A stretch of 64,000 nt of DNA from a phage. Made by a program: the position numbers and the translations under genes. How positions within the stretch are numbered: the stretch's first letter is position 1; each line of letters starts with the position of its first letter. Location of the stretch: the sequence record PZ445517.1, one strand, 5' to 3'. This document shows positions 30,156-39,188 of the stretch, in pieces. The notes beneath the pieces were generated by a model, which was not told the DNA's origin, ran no database searches, and was given only the letters and a program-made list of their open reading frames with translations.

Positions 30156-30613
30156 TCAGCCTTATATTCAATAACAGGACATACTTTAGCTTTACGAGCT
30201 TTTAAAAATTCGACGATAATAGACTTCTTGGGTTGAATAGGAGGTAAACCTTTATACGCCCTATCAATATTTTCTACATGTAAAGCATAATCCTTTTTCC
30301 ATTTATAATCTTTATATTTTTCATGCAGTTGTGCAGGAATAACAAATGAACCAATAATAAGTAAAACAAGCAAAATGGCAAGTATAAATGCTGATGGAAT
30401 AAGAGTCCATAAACTACTAAAAATAAGCCAACGTTGTAAACTTTCTGCGCAGATAATAGTTAGACCTGCGAGTATAGTACATCCAAAAACAGAAACGAAG
30501 AATGTAGGAATGGCAATAGACCAAAAATATGCACACAGTGTCTTAGGTCGTTTCCATTCATCATTAAACATTTTGAATAATTTATAATGCCAAGAGCTTT
30601 CATTAATAATCAT
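30152..30613 (-). CDS. membrane protein
   Basis: 153 aa, three to four hydrophobic helices. Confidence 0.55.
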   Translation of the reverse strand: MIINESSWHYKLFKMFNDEWKRPKTLCAYFWSIAIPTFFVSVFGCTILAGLTIICAESLQRWLIFSSLWTLIPSAFILAILLVLLIIGSFVIPAQLHEKYKDYKWKKDYALHVENIDRAYKGLPPIQPKKSIIVEFLKARKAKVCPVIEYKAE

Positions 30614-30615
30614 AA

Positions 30616-31137
30616 TTATCCTTTCATTGAAGGTGTAACAGTTGTTAAATACTTAATCATAGCTTCAGCTTCTGATTTTGATAATGAAATTTCTCCATTG
30701 TTTTGACGAATAGAAATAAAATCAGGGTGACGGTCACCACCAGCTTTCAAAACACACATATAGGTATCAGTTTCATCTTCAATATTTGAAATGATTGAAG
30801 CAGTTCCGCATGAATGCGGTTTTTGATAAATCAATACAGCTTTTCTTCCGCCATTTGACTGTTCATAAACTTTTAATACATCAAACAAATCACTTCTTTT
30901 ATCAATAGCTAAAATGTTATTTTCATCTTCAATGTTAAATCCTTCGGATACTTCATAAAGTGTCACCCATAAATCGTCAATATCAATAACAGCGTTCACT
31001 TTTCCATGACTTTCAAGAGCATGACAAATTTTCTTGATTTCGTCATAACTCATTTTAATAATATCATCTCCTTGAATAAGGAAGATGTCATTTTTAAATT
31101 CAACACGAATTAAACCGCTTCCACTTGAAATAAACAT
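30616..31137 (-). CDS. hypothetical protein, paralog of 31144..31689
   Basis: 173 aa; C-terminus SEAEAMIKYLTTVTPSMKG parallels neighbour DEAIALKTYLDSVIPTMISK. Confidence 0.55.
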   Translation of the reverse strand: MFISSGSGLIRVEFKNDIFLIQGDDIIKMSYDEIKKICHALESHGKVNAVIDIDDLWVTLYEVSEGFNIEDENNILAIDKRSDLFDVLKVYEQSNGGRKAVLIYQKPHSCGTASIISNIEDETDTYMCVLKAGGDRHPDFISIRQNNGEISLSKSEAEAMIKYLTTVTPSMKG

Positions 31138-31143
31138 ATTTCC

Positions 31144-31689
31144 TCACTTTGAAATCATAGTTGGAATGACAGAATCAAGATAAGTCTTTAGCGCAATAGC
31201 TTCGTCTTTGGTAAATGTAACAATATGTGATCGAAAATCGTCAATTTGGCGAATAGTTAAGACATCTCCCTCTTCATAACATTTTGATACATTTAAAAGA
31301 GTTTCATCATTCTGATTGCAAGCGTTAGTAATAATAGCATTGCAATTTTTGAGCCATTTTAAACTATGTTTTCTTTCATTAGAATAATAAAAATATTTAA
31401 TCTTATCTATAAAACTATCCCAATGGATAACTGATAAGCATATTGACTCGCTTTCAATATTAAATCCTGGGCATGAAGAATAAAAATGAATTTTATGCTC
31501 ATCATTAATGCTTACAATTTTATCAGTATAAGGATTTTCAATTTTGGTTAAATGAATGATTTCACTAGGCGTAAAATACAGCATATCGTCTTCTTGTGTC
31601 AAACGATACATATTATTTACTTTTTCTATAGCCAATTCACCAAAAAGTGAACTAACTTCTAATACTAATCGTTTCGCCGCTACCGTCAT
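31144..31689 (-). CDS. hypothetical protein, paralog of 30616..31137
   Basis: 181 aa. Confidence 0.55.
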   Translation of the reverse strand: MTVAAKRLVLEVSSLFGELAIEKVNNMYRLTQEDDMLYFTPSEIIHLTKIENPYTDKIVSINDEHKIHFYSSCPGFNIESESICLSVIHWDSFIDKIKYFYYSNERKHSLKWLKNCNAIITNACNQNDETLLNVSKCYEEGDVLTIRQIDDFRSHIVTFTKDEAIALKTYLDSVIPTMISK

Positions 31690-31817
31690 TACATACTCCT
31701 CTGAATCATATCAATAATGTTGTTCACCAGATTATAAGTAAACATTGGGTAATTATATTGAATCACCACATACACAACAAACAAAACTTTCATTCTCTTC
31801 TCCTTGGCAGTTGACAA

Positions 31818-31854
31818 GATTACTATACCATAACCTTGCCAACTTGTAAACCAT
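31818..31854 (-). promoter_or_regulatory. T4-type early promoter (TGGTATAGT -10, GTTTAC -35)
   Basis: Plus tactataccataacc...gtaaac. Confidence 0.5.
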
Positions 31855-32027
31855 TAAATGACGTTTTCGATAAAATTCTGAAGCTTTGTATGAGCATCAA
31901 CCATGATTTTCATTTCTTCCTTTGCGAAAGCTGTACCTCTTTCACGAGAAGAACATTCATAGTCAGAAACTGCATTAGCATATTCTTCAATTAGCTTCAT
32001 TAAAAACATCTGCTTTTCAGTTTTCAT
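31854..32027 (-). CDS. small protein (57 aa), member of small paralog family
   Basis: MKTEKQMFLMKLIEEYANAV...; below ORF-track length cutoff. Confidence 0.4.
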   Translation of the reverse strand: MKTEKQMFLMKLIEEYANAVSDYECSSRERGTAFAKEEMKIMVDAHTKLQNFIENVI

Positions 32028-32211
32028 TATTCCACCTAATCATTTCAAGATATTGAACTAACTTAGCTTTGGATTTATCCAAATCCTTTTTAGCTGCTTC
32101 TATACCGTCGTATGAATATCCTTCACAATGCTCAACTGCTAATTGATATGAATCTATTTCAATATCACGTGCTAATTTAATGATTTTTTCAAACTGTTCG
32201 CGTGTTAGCAT
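32017..32211 (-). CDS. small protein, member of small paralog family
   Basis: 64 aa, MLTREQFEKIIKLARDIE... Confidence 0.45.
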   Translation of the reverse strand: MLTREQFEKIIKLARDIEIDSYQLAVEHCEGYSYDGIEAAKKDLDKSKAKLVQYLEMIRWNNEN

Positions 32212-32213
32212 AC

Positions 32214-32453
32214 TTAAACTCTCGTATTATGATCGATAATTTCATCAAGAAACATATCTAACGCTTCTACAGCATTATTAACTTTATCTTCAAGTTCTTC
32301 AATACTTTTATTTGCAATGCCTGACGAAAACCAAGCAAAGTCACTAAGTTCCTCATCTGCTTTACGAATTAAAGCTACCAATTCCTTAATTTTATCCGCT
32401 TGTTCGATACTAATCATTATTCCACCACATATGAAAGAGAGAATATTGCACAC
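32214..32453 (-). CDS. small protein, member of small paralog family
   Basis: 79 aa, ...[22 protein letters not shown]... Confidence 0.45.
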   Translation of the reverse strand: MCNILSFICGGIMISIEQADKIKELVALIRKADEELSDFAWFSSGIANKSIEELEDKVNNAVEALDMFLDEIIDHNTRV

Positions 32454-32605
32454 GCCATGTGAGTTGCAACTTCATCACACATATTATAACGTTTCTTAAG
32501 AAATTCTACAAGTTCTTCACTAGTAACTTCATCCATGTCGACGAAAAAATCACCATTAATGATGACGTAGATATTTCCTTCTTGATTAAGTGCTTCAATT
32601 TTCAT
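32417..32605 (-). CDS. hypothetical small protein (62 aa)
   Basis: ATG at 32603-32605 downstream of early promoter; track extension is promoter DNA. Confidence 0.45.
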   Translation of the reverse strand: MKIEALNQEGNIYVIINGDFFVDMDEVTSEELVEFLKKRYNMCDEVATHMACAIFSLSYVVE

Positions 32606-32627
32606 GATGTTCTCCTCTTTATCCGAT

Positions 32628-32666
32628 AGTTGTATAGTACCACAGCTCAAACGGAAAGTAAACCGG
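32628..32666 (-). promoter_or_regulatory. T4-type early promoter
   Basis: atagttgtatagtaccac ... gtaaac. Confidence 0.55.
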
Positions 32667-32679
32667 TAAAATGAAAAAA

Positions 32680-32695
32680 GTCTCCCGAAGGAGAC
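32680..32695 (-). terminator. UUCG-type hairpin (GUCUCC-UUCG-GGAGAC)
   Basis: gtctcccgaaggagac after stop of 32701..33087. Confidence 0.5.
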
Positions 32696-32700
32696 TAATG

Positions 32701-33087
32701 TTATTCGAGGGAAAGAAGATACTTACTCTGGTAAAACATTCCAGTAATATCATCTATCGTGCTTTGGATGGCTGGAGGCATTTCTTTATAAATGCTGTTA
32801 GATTGGTCTAGTATGTGATCAATCATTTTAATTGTGTCGGTAGGAAGTTTACTGGCATCTGGAATTGAAGGTGTGTATTTTCTACCAGAATACCCCAAAT
32901 ATTGCTCACCAAATTTATCAATCAAATCTGGCAACTCGGAGAAAATAAAATCGTATGCTTTGTGTCTAGCATAACTTTTAGTTTCAAAATGTGCAGAATG
33001 AAAATAAGCTTGTGCAGCCATTAATAAACCTAAGTATTCATCTGCCTTTGAAGGTTTTCCACTTTGTGAAAAGTCGCTGAATTTCAT
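32701..33087 (-). CDS. hypothetical protein
   Basis: 128 aa ORF adjacent to rI. Confidence 0.5.
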   Translation of the reverse strand: MKFSDFSQSGKPSKADEYLGLLMAAQAYFHSAHFETKSYARHKAYDFIFSELPDLIDKFGEQYLGYSGRKYTPSIPDASKLPTDTIKMIDHILDQSNSIYKEMPPAIQSTIDDITGMFYQSKYLLSLE

Positions 33088-33377
33088 TCAGTCTCCAATT
33101 TAATGTTCATAATTCTAGCGTATGATTGTGCCATCTCCGCGCCTCGCTCTATACATTCAAAATCAGAAGAGCACGGGTCATTTTTATAGGTCGTTCTCAT
33201 AAAACTATAGAATTGTTCAGACGATTCTACGCTTTTATTTTCAAAAAGCATATAAACGTGCCTAATACCAGATTCCATAAATTTATCAAAATGAGGATCG
33301 ACATTCGCTTCAATCGGTGGAGATAAAACAAATGACAATCCTAGCATGGCAAATAGTGCCGTTGCTTTTAAGGCCAT
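33084..33377 (-). CDS. rI: lysis inhibition regulator rI (antiholin)
   Basis: 97 aa with N-terminal signal-anchor MALKATALFAMLGLSFVLSPP; T4 RI length and position next to tk. Confidence 0.75.
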   Translation of the reverse strand: MALKATALFAMLGLSFVLSPPIEANVDPHFDKFMESGIRHVYMLFENKSVESSEQFYSFMRTTYKNDPCSSDFECIERGAEMAQSYARIMNIKLETE

Positions 33378-33389
33378 AAAGGCCTCCTA

Positions 33390-33602
33390 TCATTTTTGTC
33401 CTGTATTTACTTTATGCCGATGCACGGCCTTAACTTTATCAAGGTATTTTTCAAAATTTCGCAATCTAGTATAGTCTGCCGGAGATTGGTTGAGTGATAC
33501 TTCTCGACGCAAAGCTGAAATGATATTTCCAACTTCCCTACGAATTTCATCTAATTGAAGCACAGTAAGATTGCGAAGTTGCTTTTCAGTTAATTGTAGC
33601 AT
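33390..33602 (-). CDS. hypothetical protein
   Basis: 70 aa ORF. Confidence 0.45.
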
Positions 33603-33644
33603 ATATACCCCTTTAGTTAGATAAACCTATTTATAACTTTTGCA

Positions 33645-34226
33645 CTAACCGAGCTTTTTAGTTAATTCATTCCAATGTTTTCTACACAAAGAAACATAAA
33701 TTTCATCACCAATACAGATTTGATTACCTTCTTTAACTGGTGATCCATCTTCCATTAATCGAGCTGTCATAATCGCTTTTTTACCACAATGACAAACTGC
33801 CTTTAGTTCAATAAGTTTATCTGCAATCGCTAAAAGTTCTTTAGAACCTTCAAATAATTTTCCAGCGAAATCAGTCCTTAGCCCATAAGCCATAACAGGA
33901 ACATTATATGTATCAACAATTCGGCTCAATTGATGCACCTGTTCAGTTTTTAAAAACTGAGCTTCATCTACAAATACGCAATGAATATCTTTTTGTGCTT
34001 CAGCCCATTTATAGAACTCGAAAATATCCATATCATCTGTAATAATATTCGCTTCCTGCTTAATTCCAATGCGAGAAACGACTTCACAGACAGAATCGCG
34101 AGTATCAATAGCAGGCTTAAGAACTAATACACTCATTCCACGTTCTTTATAATTATGTGCAGCAGTCAAAAGAGAAGCAGATTTTCCAGCATTCATTGCT
34201 GCATAAGTAAAAATTAAACTCGCCAT
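33645..34226 (-). CDS. tk: thymidine kinase
   Basis: 193 aa; P-loop AMNAGKS, zinc ribbon CHCGKKA...C; T4 Tk length. Confidence 0.93.
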   Translation of the reverse strand: MASLIFTYAAMNAGKSASLLTAAHNYKERGMSVLVLKPAIDTRDSVCEVVSRIGIKQEANIITDDMDIFEFYKWAEAQKDIHCVFVDEAQFLKTEQVHQLSRIVDTYNVPVMAYGLRTDFAGKLFEGSKELLAIADKLIELKAVCHCGKKAIMTARLMEDGSPVKEGNQICIGDEIYVSLCRKHWNELTKKLG

Positions 34227-34227
34227 T

Positions 34228-34416
34228 TTAGTCCTTAGTTAAATTTTCTAAATATGTTTCTAAATCATTTTCAGCTTTATCGATAGATTTTACTAATTCG
34301 TAATATGTTTCGGCATCTCCATAATCAGAAGATAATTCAAAAGACAAATCCTTTTCTAAACTAATAATTTCACCAACTAAAAATAATATTTCGTTCTTTT
34401 GTTCGCGAGTAATCAT
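34228..34416 (-). CDS. small protein, tandem paralog
   Basis: 62 aa, MITREQKNEILFLVGEI...; similar to next ORF. Confidence 0.45.
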   Translation of the reverse strand: MITREQKNEILFLVGEIISLEKDLSFELSSDYGDAETYYELVKSIDKAENDLETYLENLTKD

Positions 34417-34598
34417 AAGGAATTTATATAATTAATAAGTTCTTGTTCTTTATTATCGAATTCTTTAGAAAGTTCTTCGTACTCGTTTGCATTAAAAGGA
34501 CCGCATTCATCACAAACTTTTTCCAATTCACTATTTTTATCCATAATTTCGTGGATAAGAGAAAAGAGTTTGTCTTTTTGTTCTTTGCTTAGGCTCAT
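34413..34598 (-). CDS. small protein, tandem paralog
   Basis: 61 aa, MSLSKEQKDKLFSLIHEI... Confidence 0.45.
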   Translation of the reverse strand: MSLSKEQKDKLFSLIHEIMDKNSELEKVCDECGPFNANEYEELSKEFDNKEQELINYINSL

Positions 34599-34764
34599 AT
34601 ATTAATTTCCAGAAGTTTTAAAATAATTCGCTTTTGCTTAAATATTTCCACAGTTAAATGATCAGTATCTTTTTGACCAATTCCAATGGCAAAACCTTTA
34701 TTAACAGCGAGTTCAATTAAATTATCAAGTTCACGTAACACTTCATATTGTAACTCAGAACTAT

Positions 34765-34992
34765 TCATTTCGGTTTACCTTCTTTAACGAAATCAGGATA
34801 AGGATAAAATCCTGAATAAAATCCTTCACCTTTATGATTGATGCATCCTTTATTAGAACAATAGCACCAATAATCGAAATCACAAGCCATTTCATCGTTG
34901 CATAAAGCAAAAACAACCGGCCACTTACACTTTTCACAGTGGGCATTTTTAAGAATACTAGTTTGGCTCATAACCATGTAACCTTTAAGCAA
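34765..34992 (-). CDS. Cys-rich small protein
   Basis: 75 aa, multiple CxxC pairs. Confidence 0.45.
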   Translation of the reverse strand: MLKGYMVMSQTSILKNAHCEKCKWPVVFALCNDEMACDFDYWCYCSNKGCINHKGEGFYSGFYPYPDFVKEGKPK

Positions 34993-35180
34993 TATTCTTC
35001 TACATGTTGTTTACGACCTTTCTTATCAATAAAGGTATATTCAACGAATGTTCCAATGTAGTCTTTATCTACATCATGTGGACTATTAATTGGGCATTTA
35101 GTACGGCAAATGCGTTCCCATTGACGAATAATTACTGCTTTGTTTTTAGGATCAAACGGATGCGGGTAATGTACTTTCAT
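34968..35180 (-). CDS. hypothetical protein
   Basis: 70 aa ORF. Confidence 0.45.
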   Translation of the reverse strand: MKVHYPHPFDPKNKAVIIRQWERICRTKCPINSPHDVDKDYIGTFVEYTFIDKKGRKQHVEEYCLKVTWL

Positions 35181-35631
35181 AATCCACCACTATTAAATCA
35201 ATATCAGGAGTAAACATGTCGATTAATTTAGAAACCTTATCCCAATCGCCGCCAGCAATACCACAACCTATGCGTGGAATGTAAATTACCGGTTTAAACA
35301 AAAGGGTTTCTGCCTGTAGATTTAATTCTATCATGCAGTTTACTAAAGCACCATAATCAAGATTAGGACCCGGTTCGTATTGCGTATACAAATTATAGCA
35401 TATACTAAATCCTGTGGGATTATGTTTAAAAACAATAGACATATCGCCTAATTTATCACGAGAACCGTACTCGGTAGTGGTTTTATCTATTTCTAAAATT
35501 TTGGGATAGGCTCTTGCTAATTGACCCGCTACGCCAGAGCCCATTGTGTGGAAGCAATTGCACCCGTGCGCAATAATATTACCTTGAAGAAATAGGGCGA
35601 CAATATCGCCCTTGATATATTTTACAATCAT
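35152..35631 (-). CDS. macrodomain (ADP-ribose binding/processing) protein
   Basis: 159 aa; IAHGCNCFHTMGSGVAGQL and IPRIGCGIAGGDW motifs typical of macro domains. Confidence 0.65.
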   Translation of the reverse strand: MIVKYIKGDIVALFLQGNIIAHGCNCFHTMGSGVAGQLARAYPKILEIDKTTTEYGSRDKLGDMSIVFKHNPTGFSICYNLYTQYEPGPNLDYGALVNCMIELNLQAETLLFKPVIYIPRIGCGIAGGDWDKVSKLIDMFTPDIDLIVVDYESTLPASV

Positions 35632-35975
35632 CTAGTACTCAATCCTCGATTATAAGAATCTACTAAACGGTCAACCATTGAATGACAAGCGGCTTTATCT
35701 TTCTCCTCCGCAACTGAGCATTCTAAGGTATTCCACTTTTTAGCATATCGTTTTAATAATGTATCGTTTTTGTATCTGCTTGATTTATCTCTTTCTCCGT
35801 CTTTATATGCATATATTAATTTCTGTGCAAATTCAGCTTGGCATGCTTTATTTTTCCCACAATAATCTGCCGCAGTGCGGTTTACATATTCTCTAATTTC
35901 CGTATATGATGTATCTGCTGACGCAGAAGCAGAAAATGAAATTAATCCTATACATAAAACCAAAATTTTAGTCAT
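35628..35975 (-). CDS. secreted small protein (vs position)
   Basis: 115 aa with signal peptide; same length as T4 Vs but identity not verifiable. Confidence 0.5.
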   Translation of the reverse strand: MTKILVLCIGLISFSASASADTSYTEIREYVNRTAADYCGKNKACQAEFAQKLIYAYKDGERDKSSRYKNDTLLKRYAKKWNTLECSVAEEKDKAACHSMVDRLVDSYNRGLSTR

Positions 35976-36513
35976 TTACTATTTCCAAAAGTTTATTATT
36001 TTTAAGGTAGTTAGCCTTTTCTAGGACTTCAGAAGCATATTTAGAACCTGCTTTAACATTCCATCCCGAATTATAAGAGGATATTGCTTTTCTTATATCG
36101 CCCTTATGTATATTTAACCAATAAGAAAGTTCAATGTACGCCCAGGAAGCTGAATTGGATCGTTTATTCAACATTCTTTTTATTTCAGCATCAGTCATAT
36201 TATAACCAAGTTCCTTAACTCTCGCTCGCATAGTAGGCAAATAATTTTGGAACATTCCATAAGCGTGATGCTTTGGTTTAGATTTTAAATTAACTCCGCC
36301 AGAGCTTTCTTGCCATAAAATGGCTGCCATTATATGACCTAATCCGCTCTTGTGGATATTTTTATGTGTTTTATATTTTCCATCCTTAGAAAATTGTTCC
36401 CCGAATTGATACGCGTAACGCATGTTATCGAGTTGGACATTACTGAAAGTATGCTCGGAGCTATGTGCCATCATTGAAATGGCCAATAGACCAGCGAGTA
36501 GTGCTTTTCTCAT
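35968..36513 (-). CDS. periplasmic lytic transglycosylase (SLT domain)
   Basis: Signal peptide plus ILWQESSGG...AYGMFQ SLT catalytic motif; 181 aa. Confidence 0.7.
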   Translation of the reverse strand: MRKALLAGLLAISMMAHSSEHTFSNVQLDNMRYAYQFGEQFSKDGKYKTHKNIHKSGLGHIMAAILWQESSGGVNLKSKPKHHAYGMFQNYLPTMRARVKELGYNMTDAEIKRMLNKRSNSASWAYIELSYWLNIHKGDIRKAISSYNSGWNVKAGSKYASEVLEKANYLKNNKLLEIVND

Positions 36514-36520
36514 GCTTACC

Positions 36521-36982
36521 TCATTGAGTTTTAATTACTGCTTTAGAAGCCTTTCCTGGTAAACGACGACTGTTAATAATTGCCATCCTACATTGAAGTG
36601 ACGGGTCTTTGAACTTCTCGTTAGGTTTACAAACTGTAAATCCAAGCCAAAGATTTCCATCTGTGATTTCTAAACGTCCAGGACGATATTCAACCCCATC
36701 AATAAAATCCTCGTCAATGTCAGGACGCGGAGGCATACTCAGGAATTCATTAACTTCTAAAACATGGTCTTTTATTTTATGGAATAATTCAAAAACATAT
36801 GTCTCATCAATCTCCCGCTGAATTGCGCGATCAAGAAGATGCTGAGAATATTTTAGATGAAACGATGAGACCCCTGCTGCTTTTGATGCCTCACGAATCT
36901 CATTGTTAATTTGACGAAACTCCGACTCAAAGTGACGACGAAGCTTATTTCGACGGATAAAAACTTCAGTGTTGATAGTCAT
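36521..36982 (-). CDS. regB: sequence-specific endoribonuclease RegB
   Basis: 153 aa, T4 RegB length; own early promoter with perfect TGGTATAAT upstream. Confidence 0.8.
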   Translation of the reverse strand: MTINTEVFIRRNKLRRHFESEFRQINNEIREASKAAGVSSFHLKYSQHLLDRAIQREIDETYVFELFHKIKDHVLEVNEFLSMPPRPDIDEDFIDGVEYRPGRLEITDGNLWLGFTVCKPNEKFKDPSLQCRMAIINSRRLPGKASKAVIKTQ

Positions 36983-37004
36983 GTTATTCTCCTCTTAACT
37001 GATA

Positions 37005-37042
37005 GAAAAATTATACCACAGTCAAGAGGAAAAGTAAACAGT
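37005..37042 (-). promoter_or_regulatory. T4-type early promoter (TGGTATAAT, GTTTAC)
   Basis: Plus aaattataccaca ... gtaaac. Confidence 0.6.
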
Positions 37043-37362
37043 TATTCTTTAAATCTAATCAATTTATTCATAGACTTTGAAACTTCTGCACGGACCTCAT
37101 GTAGGTTTTTAAGTTGTTCAAGACGTTGCTCATAGTAAGCAATTTCATCTTCTTCGAGACAGTCCTGTGAATCTTCTTTAAGATAACGTGCATAGTCCTG
37201 GAAAGCTTTACGGACTACTTCCTGGAAGTCATCAAGACTTTGAATTTTCTTAGGAGCGGCAGATACACGACGAGGTGCAGTATAATACTCATAACCAAAC
37301 CCTGCACTTAATTGAGCCATTAGTATTTTTCCTCTGGTTGGAACACTGCACGACAAGCCCAC
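37042..37362 (-). CDS. hypothetical protein
   Basis: 106 aa ORF. Confidence 0.5.
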   Translation of the reverse strand: MGLSCSVPTRGKILMAQLSAGFGYEYYTAPRRVSAAPKKIQSLDDFQEVVRKAFQDYARYLKEDSQDCLEEDEIAYYEQRLEQLKNLHEVRAEVSKSMNKLIRFKE

Positions 37363-37622
37363 ATACTGGCTTCTTTGAGTTTCGTTTTAGCAATATTTAA
37401 CTGATCGAGGCTTTCAGCATAATTCTTCGCGAGTTCATCATCTTCACACTTATCTAGTGCTTCCCAGAATTCATCATATAAAGCATCAAAGATAAGTCCT
37501 AAACGAACTTCAGCGTCTTTGATAGCATTCACTTTACCGATTTTCTCTTCAGTATGCGGCTTATAACCTTTAATGTCTTCAATCATATTTGACTTCCTCA
37601 CCAGTACATAAATCATATTCAA
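37320..37622 (-). CDS. hypothetical protein (start uncertain; vs.4/Acb2 position)
   Basis: 100 aa ORF in the T4 vs.3-vs.5 interval; identity not verifiable. Confidence 0.4.
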   Translation of the reverse strand: MNMIYVLVRKSNMIEDIKGYKPHTEEKIGKVNAIKDAEVRLGLIFDALYDEFWEALDKCEDDELAKNYAESLDQLNIAKTKLKEASMWACRAVFQPEEKY

Positions 37623-37800
37623 CTAAACGAATAGGTTCATGAATGCCATATCCCTGAACAGAAATTTCTGTCGTAGGATAAATTCCATCAATATCACCCA
37701 TATTCCACGCTTCGTTAAATTGCTGTTCGCCTGAATTACTAAACCACTCGGCGAAAGCATTTAGCACATCTTTAGAACCTTCAATAATTATCTTTGCCAT
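37579..37800 (-). CDS. hypothetical protein
   Basis: 73 aa ORF. Confidence 0.45.
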   Translation of the reverse strand: MAKIIIEGSKDVLNAFAEWFSNSGEQQFNEAWNMGDIDGIYPTTEISVQGYGIHEPIRLVEYDLCTGEEVKYD

Positions 37801-38162
37801 TACAAACTCTCGGTGAAGGTACGAGCGATAACGTCGCGCTGCTGTTCCGGAGTCAGAGAGTTAAAGCGAACTGCATAACCGGATACACGGATGGTCAGCT
37901 GCGGATATTTTTCCGGATGCTTAACTGCATCTTCCAGAGTTTCACGACGCAGAACGTTAACGTTCAGATGTTGACCACCTTCAACTTTAACTGTAGGCTG
38001 TTGCTCAATTTCAATTTCACGGGCATGCAAACCGTAGAAAATTTCTGGGTCTACAAAAGAGTCCTCTTTAAAGGTTTTAGAGACAATAATTCGTGCTTGA
38101 ATACCATCTTCAAAATAAATAGTACCTTTATGTGTGCCTTCAAGAATTTGATATGCTTTCAT
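37800..38162 (-). CDS. autonomous glycyl radical cofactor (GrcA/YfiD-like, T4 Y06I-like)
   Basis: C-terminal [61 protein letters not shown] with RVSGY glycyl radical motif; DNA visibly GC-richer than surroundings. Confidence 0.8.
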   Translation of the reverse strand: MKAYQILEGTHKGTIYFEDGIQARIIVSKTFKEDSFVDPEIFYGLHAREIEIEQQPTVKVEGGQHLNVNVLRRETLEDAVKHPEKYPQLTIRVSGYAVRFNSLTPEQQRDVIARTFTESL

Positions 38163-38169
38163 ATAAACC

Positions 38170-38499
38170 TCAATTAGAAAATAAATTTATCCAAGATTGT
38201 TCTTTAATTAAAAATGGCTCAGAATCATATGCCATTAAACTCTGTGTGATTAGTCCTTTAAAAGGCCCATCAATAAATTCCATGGTAAAATATGGAATTT
38301 TATTCATTAGCCGTGCATTAGGAGCAGTACATAAAACTCTGCACCCTTTGAATACACCTTTTTGTAATTTGTATTGCTTGGGATAAAATTCGCTCAAAAT
38401 GTTATTTTTTGCCAAAATTTCAAAATGATTCACCAATTTATTTTTAATAGTTTTTGGTGAAAAATAAAGATATTCGAAAAGCTGAGTGTCTGTCATCAT
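38170..38499 (-). CDS. hypothetical protein (109 aa)
   Basis: ATG at 38497-38499 overlapping upstream stop (ATGA). Confidence 0.45.
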   Translation of the reverse strand: MMTDTQLFEYLYFSPKTIKNKLVNHFEILAKNNILSEFYPKQYKLQKGVFKGCRVLCTAPNARLMNKIPYFTMEFIDGPFKGLITQSLMAYDSEPFLIKEQSWINLFSN

Positions 38500-39083
38500 T
38501 GCATTCCGATTACGAAAAACTGTGGACGAGTAATACCACCAATGCAACATTTAATATTACAGCAGCAGTGTACAGTGTCAATATGGACACTATAAATCTT
38601 ATCCATATCAGGAGATTTGACAGGCTCATCAATTATATATAAAATTCGCGAAAGCTTTAAACCTCTGAACTTGCTTCCTTTATTACCTATAAAACTGCGC
38701 ACAGAATCAGTAAATAAACGAAAACGTATATCATCATTAGAATAACGCGAAAATTCCTTTTTAATGTTATTTGCAGAAATTTTAGCGTAAGCTGAAGTAT
38801 TAGAAAGAACAATAACTGTTCCACCGTCATACAACCAATTAGCGGCAAAATTAGTTACTGCAGTTGATTTACCAGATTGACGTCCACCATCTAGTCGAAG
38901 TGTGCAATACTGCTTAAGTAAGTCTTCAAATGGCGGGATATATTCGTTTTTACAAATTTCTTCTACTCTAGCGTCAGAATGGTGTGTAAAAGCATTCATC
39001 AGGGATAGATAAGGACCAGTTAAAAATGTTCTCATTTTCTTCTCTCTAAATTTGGGCCATTCCATGGCGCATGAATTGTCCAT
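38496..39083 (-). CDS. P-loop-containing hypothetical protein (start uncertain)
   Basis: GGRQSGKSTAV Walker A-like; 195 aa ORF. Confidence 0.5.
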   Translation of the reverse strand: MDNSCAMEWPKFREKKMRTFLTGPYLSLMNAFTHHSDARVEEICKNEYIPPFEDLLKQYCTLRLDGGRQSGKSTAVTNFAANWLYDGGTVIVLSNTSAYAKISANNIKKEFSRYSNDDIRFRLFTDSVRSFIGNKGSKFRGLKLSRILYIIDEPVKSPDMDKIYSVHIDTVHCCCNIKCCIGGITRPQFFVIGMQ

Positions 39084-39188
39084 TTCTGTATTTACCCATT
39101 ACCGCACTTGGGCTCGACCTTATTACAGGTTGGCGGGAATCCCTCACAGAATCATGAGGTCCAGCTTGTTCCCATATTTCTTATTTGC

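Noticed and set aside
686-32650. Shared peptide ...GTIQLST... at the N-termini of several ORF-track proteins (686..1255, 27067..27654, 32417..32650)
   Set aside because: It is the translation of the conserved promoter DNA upstream of the real start codons, not a protein domain; true starts are the internal ATGs with Shine-Dalgarno sequences.
37320-37622. Assigning this ORF as Acb2 (T4 vs.4 cGAMP sponge)
   Set aside because: Only position and approximate size suggest it; I cannot recall the Acb2 sequence well enough to match residues, so it is left as hypothetical.
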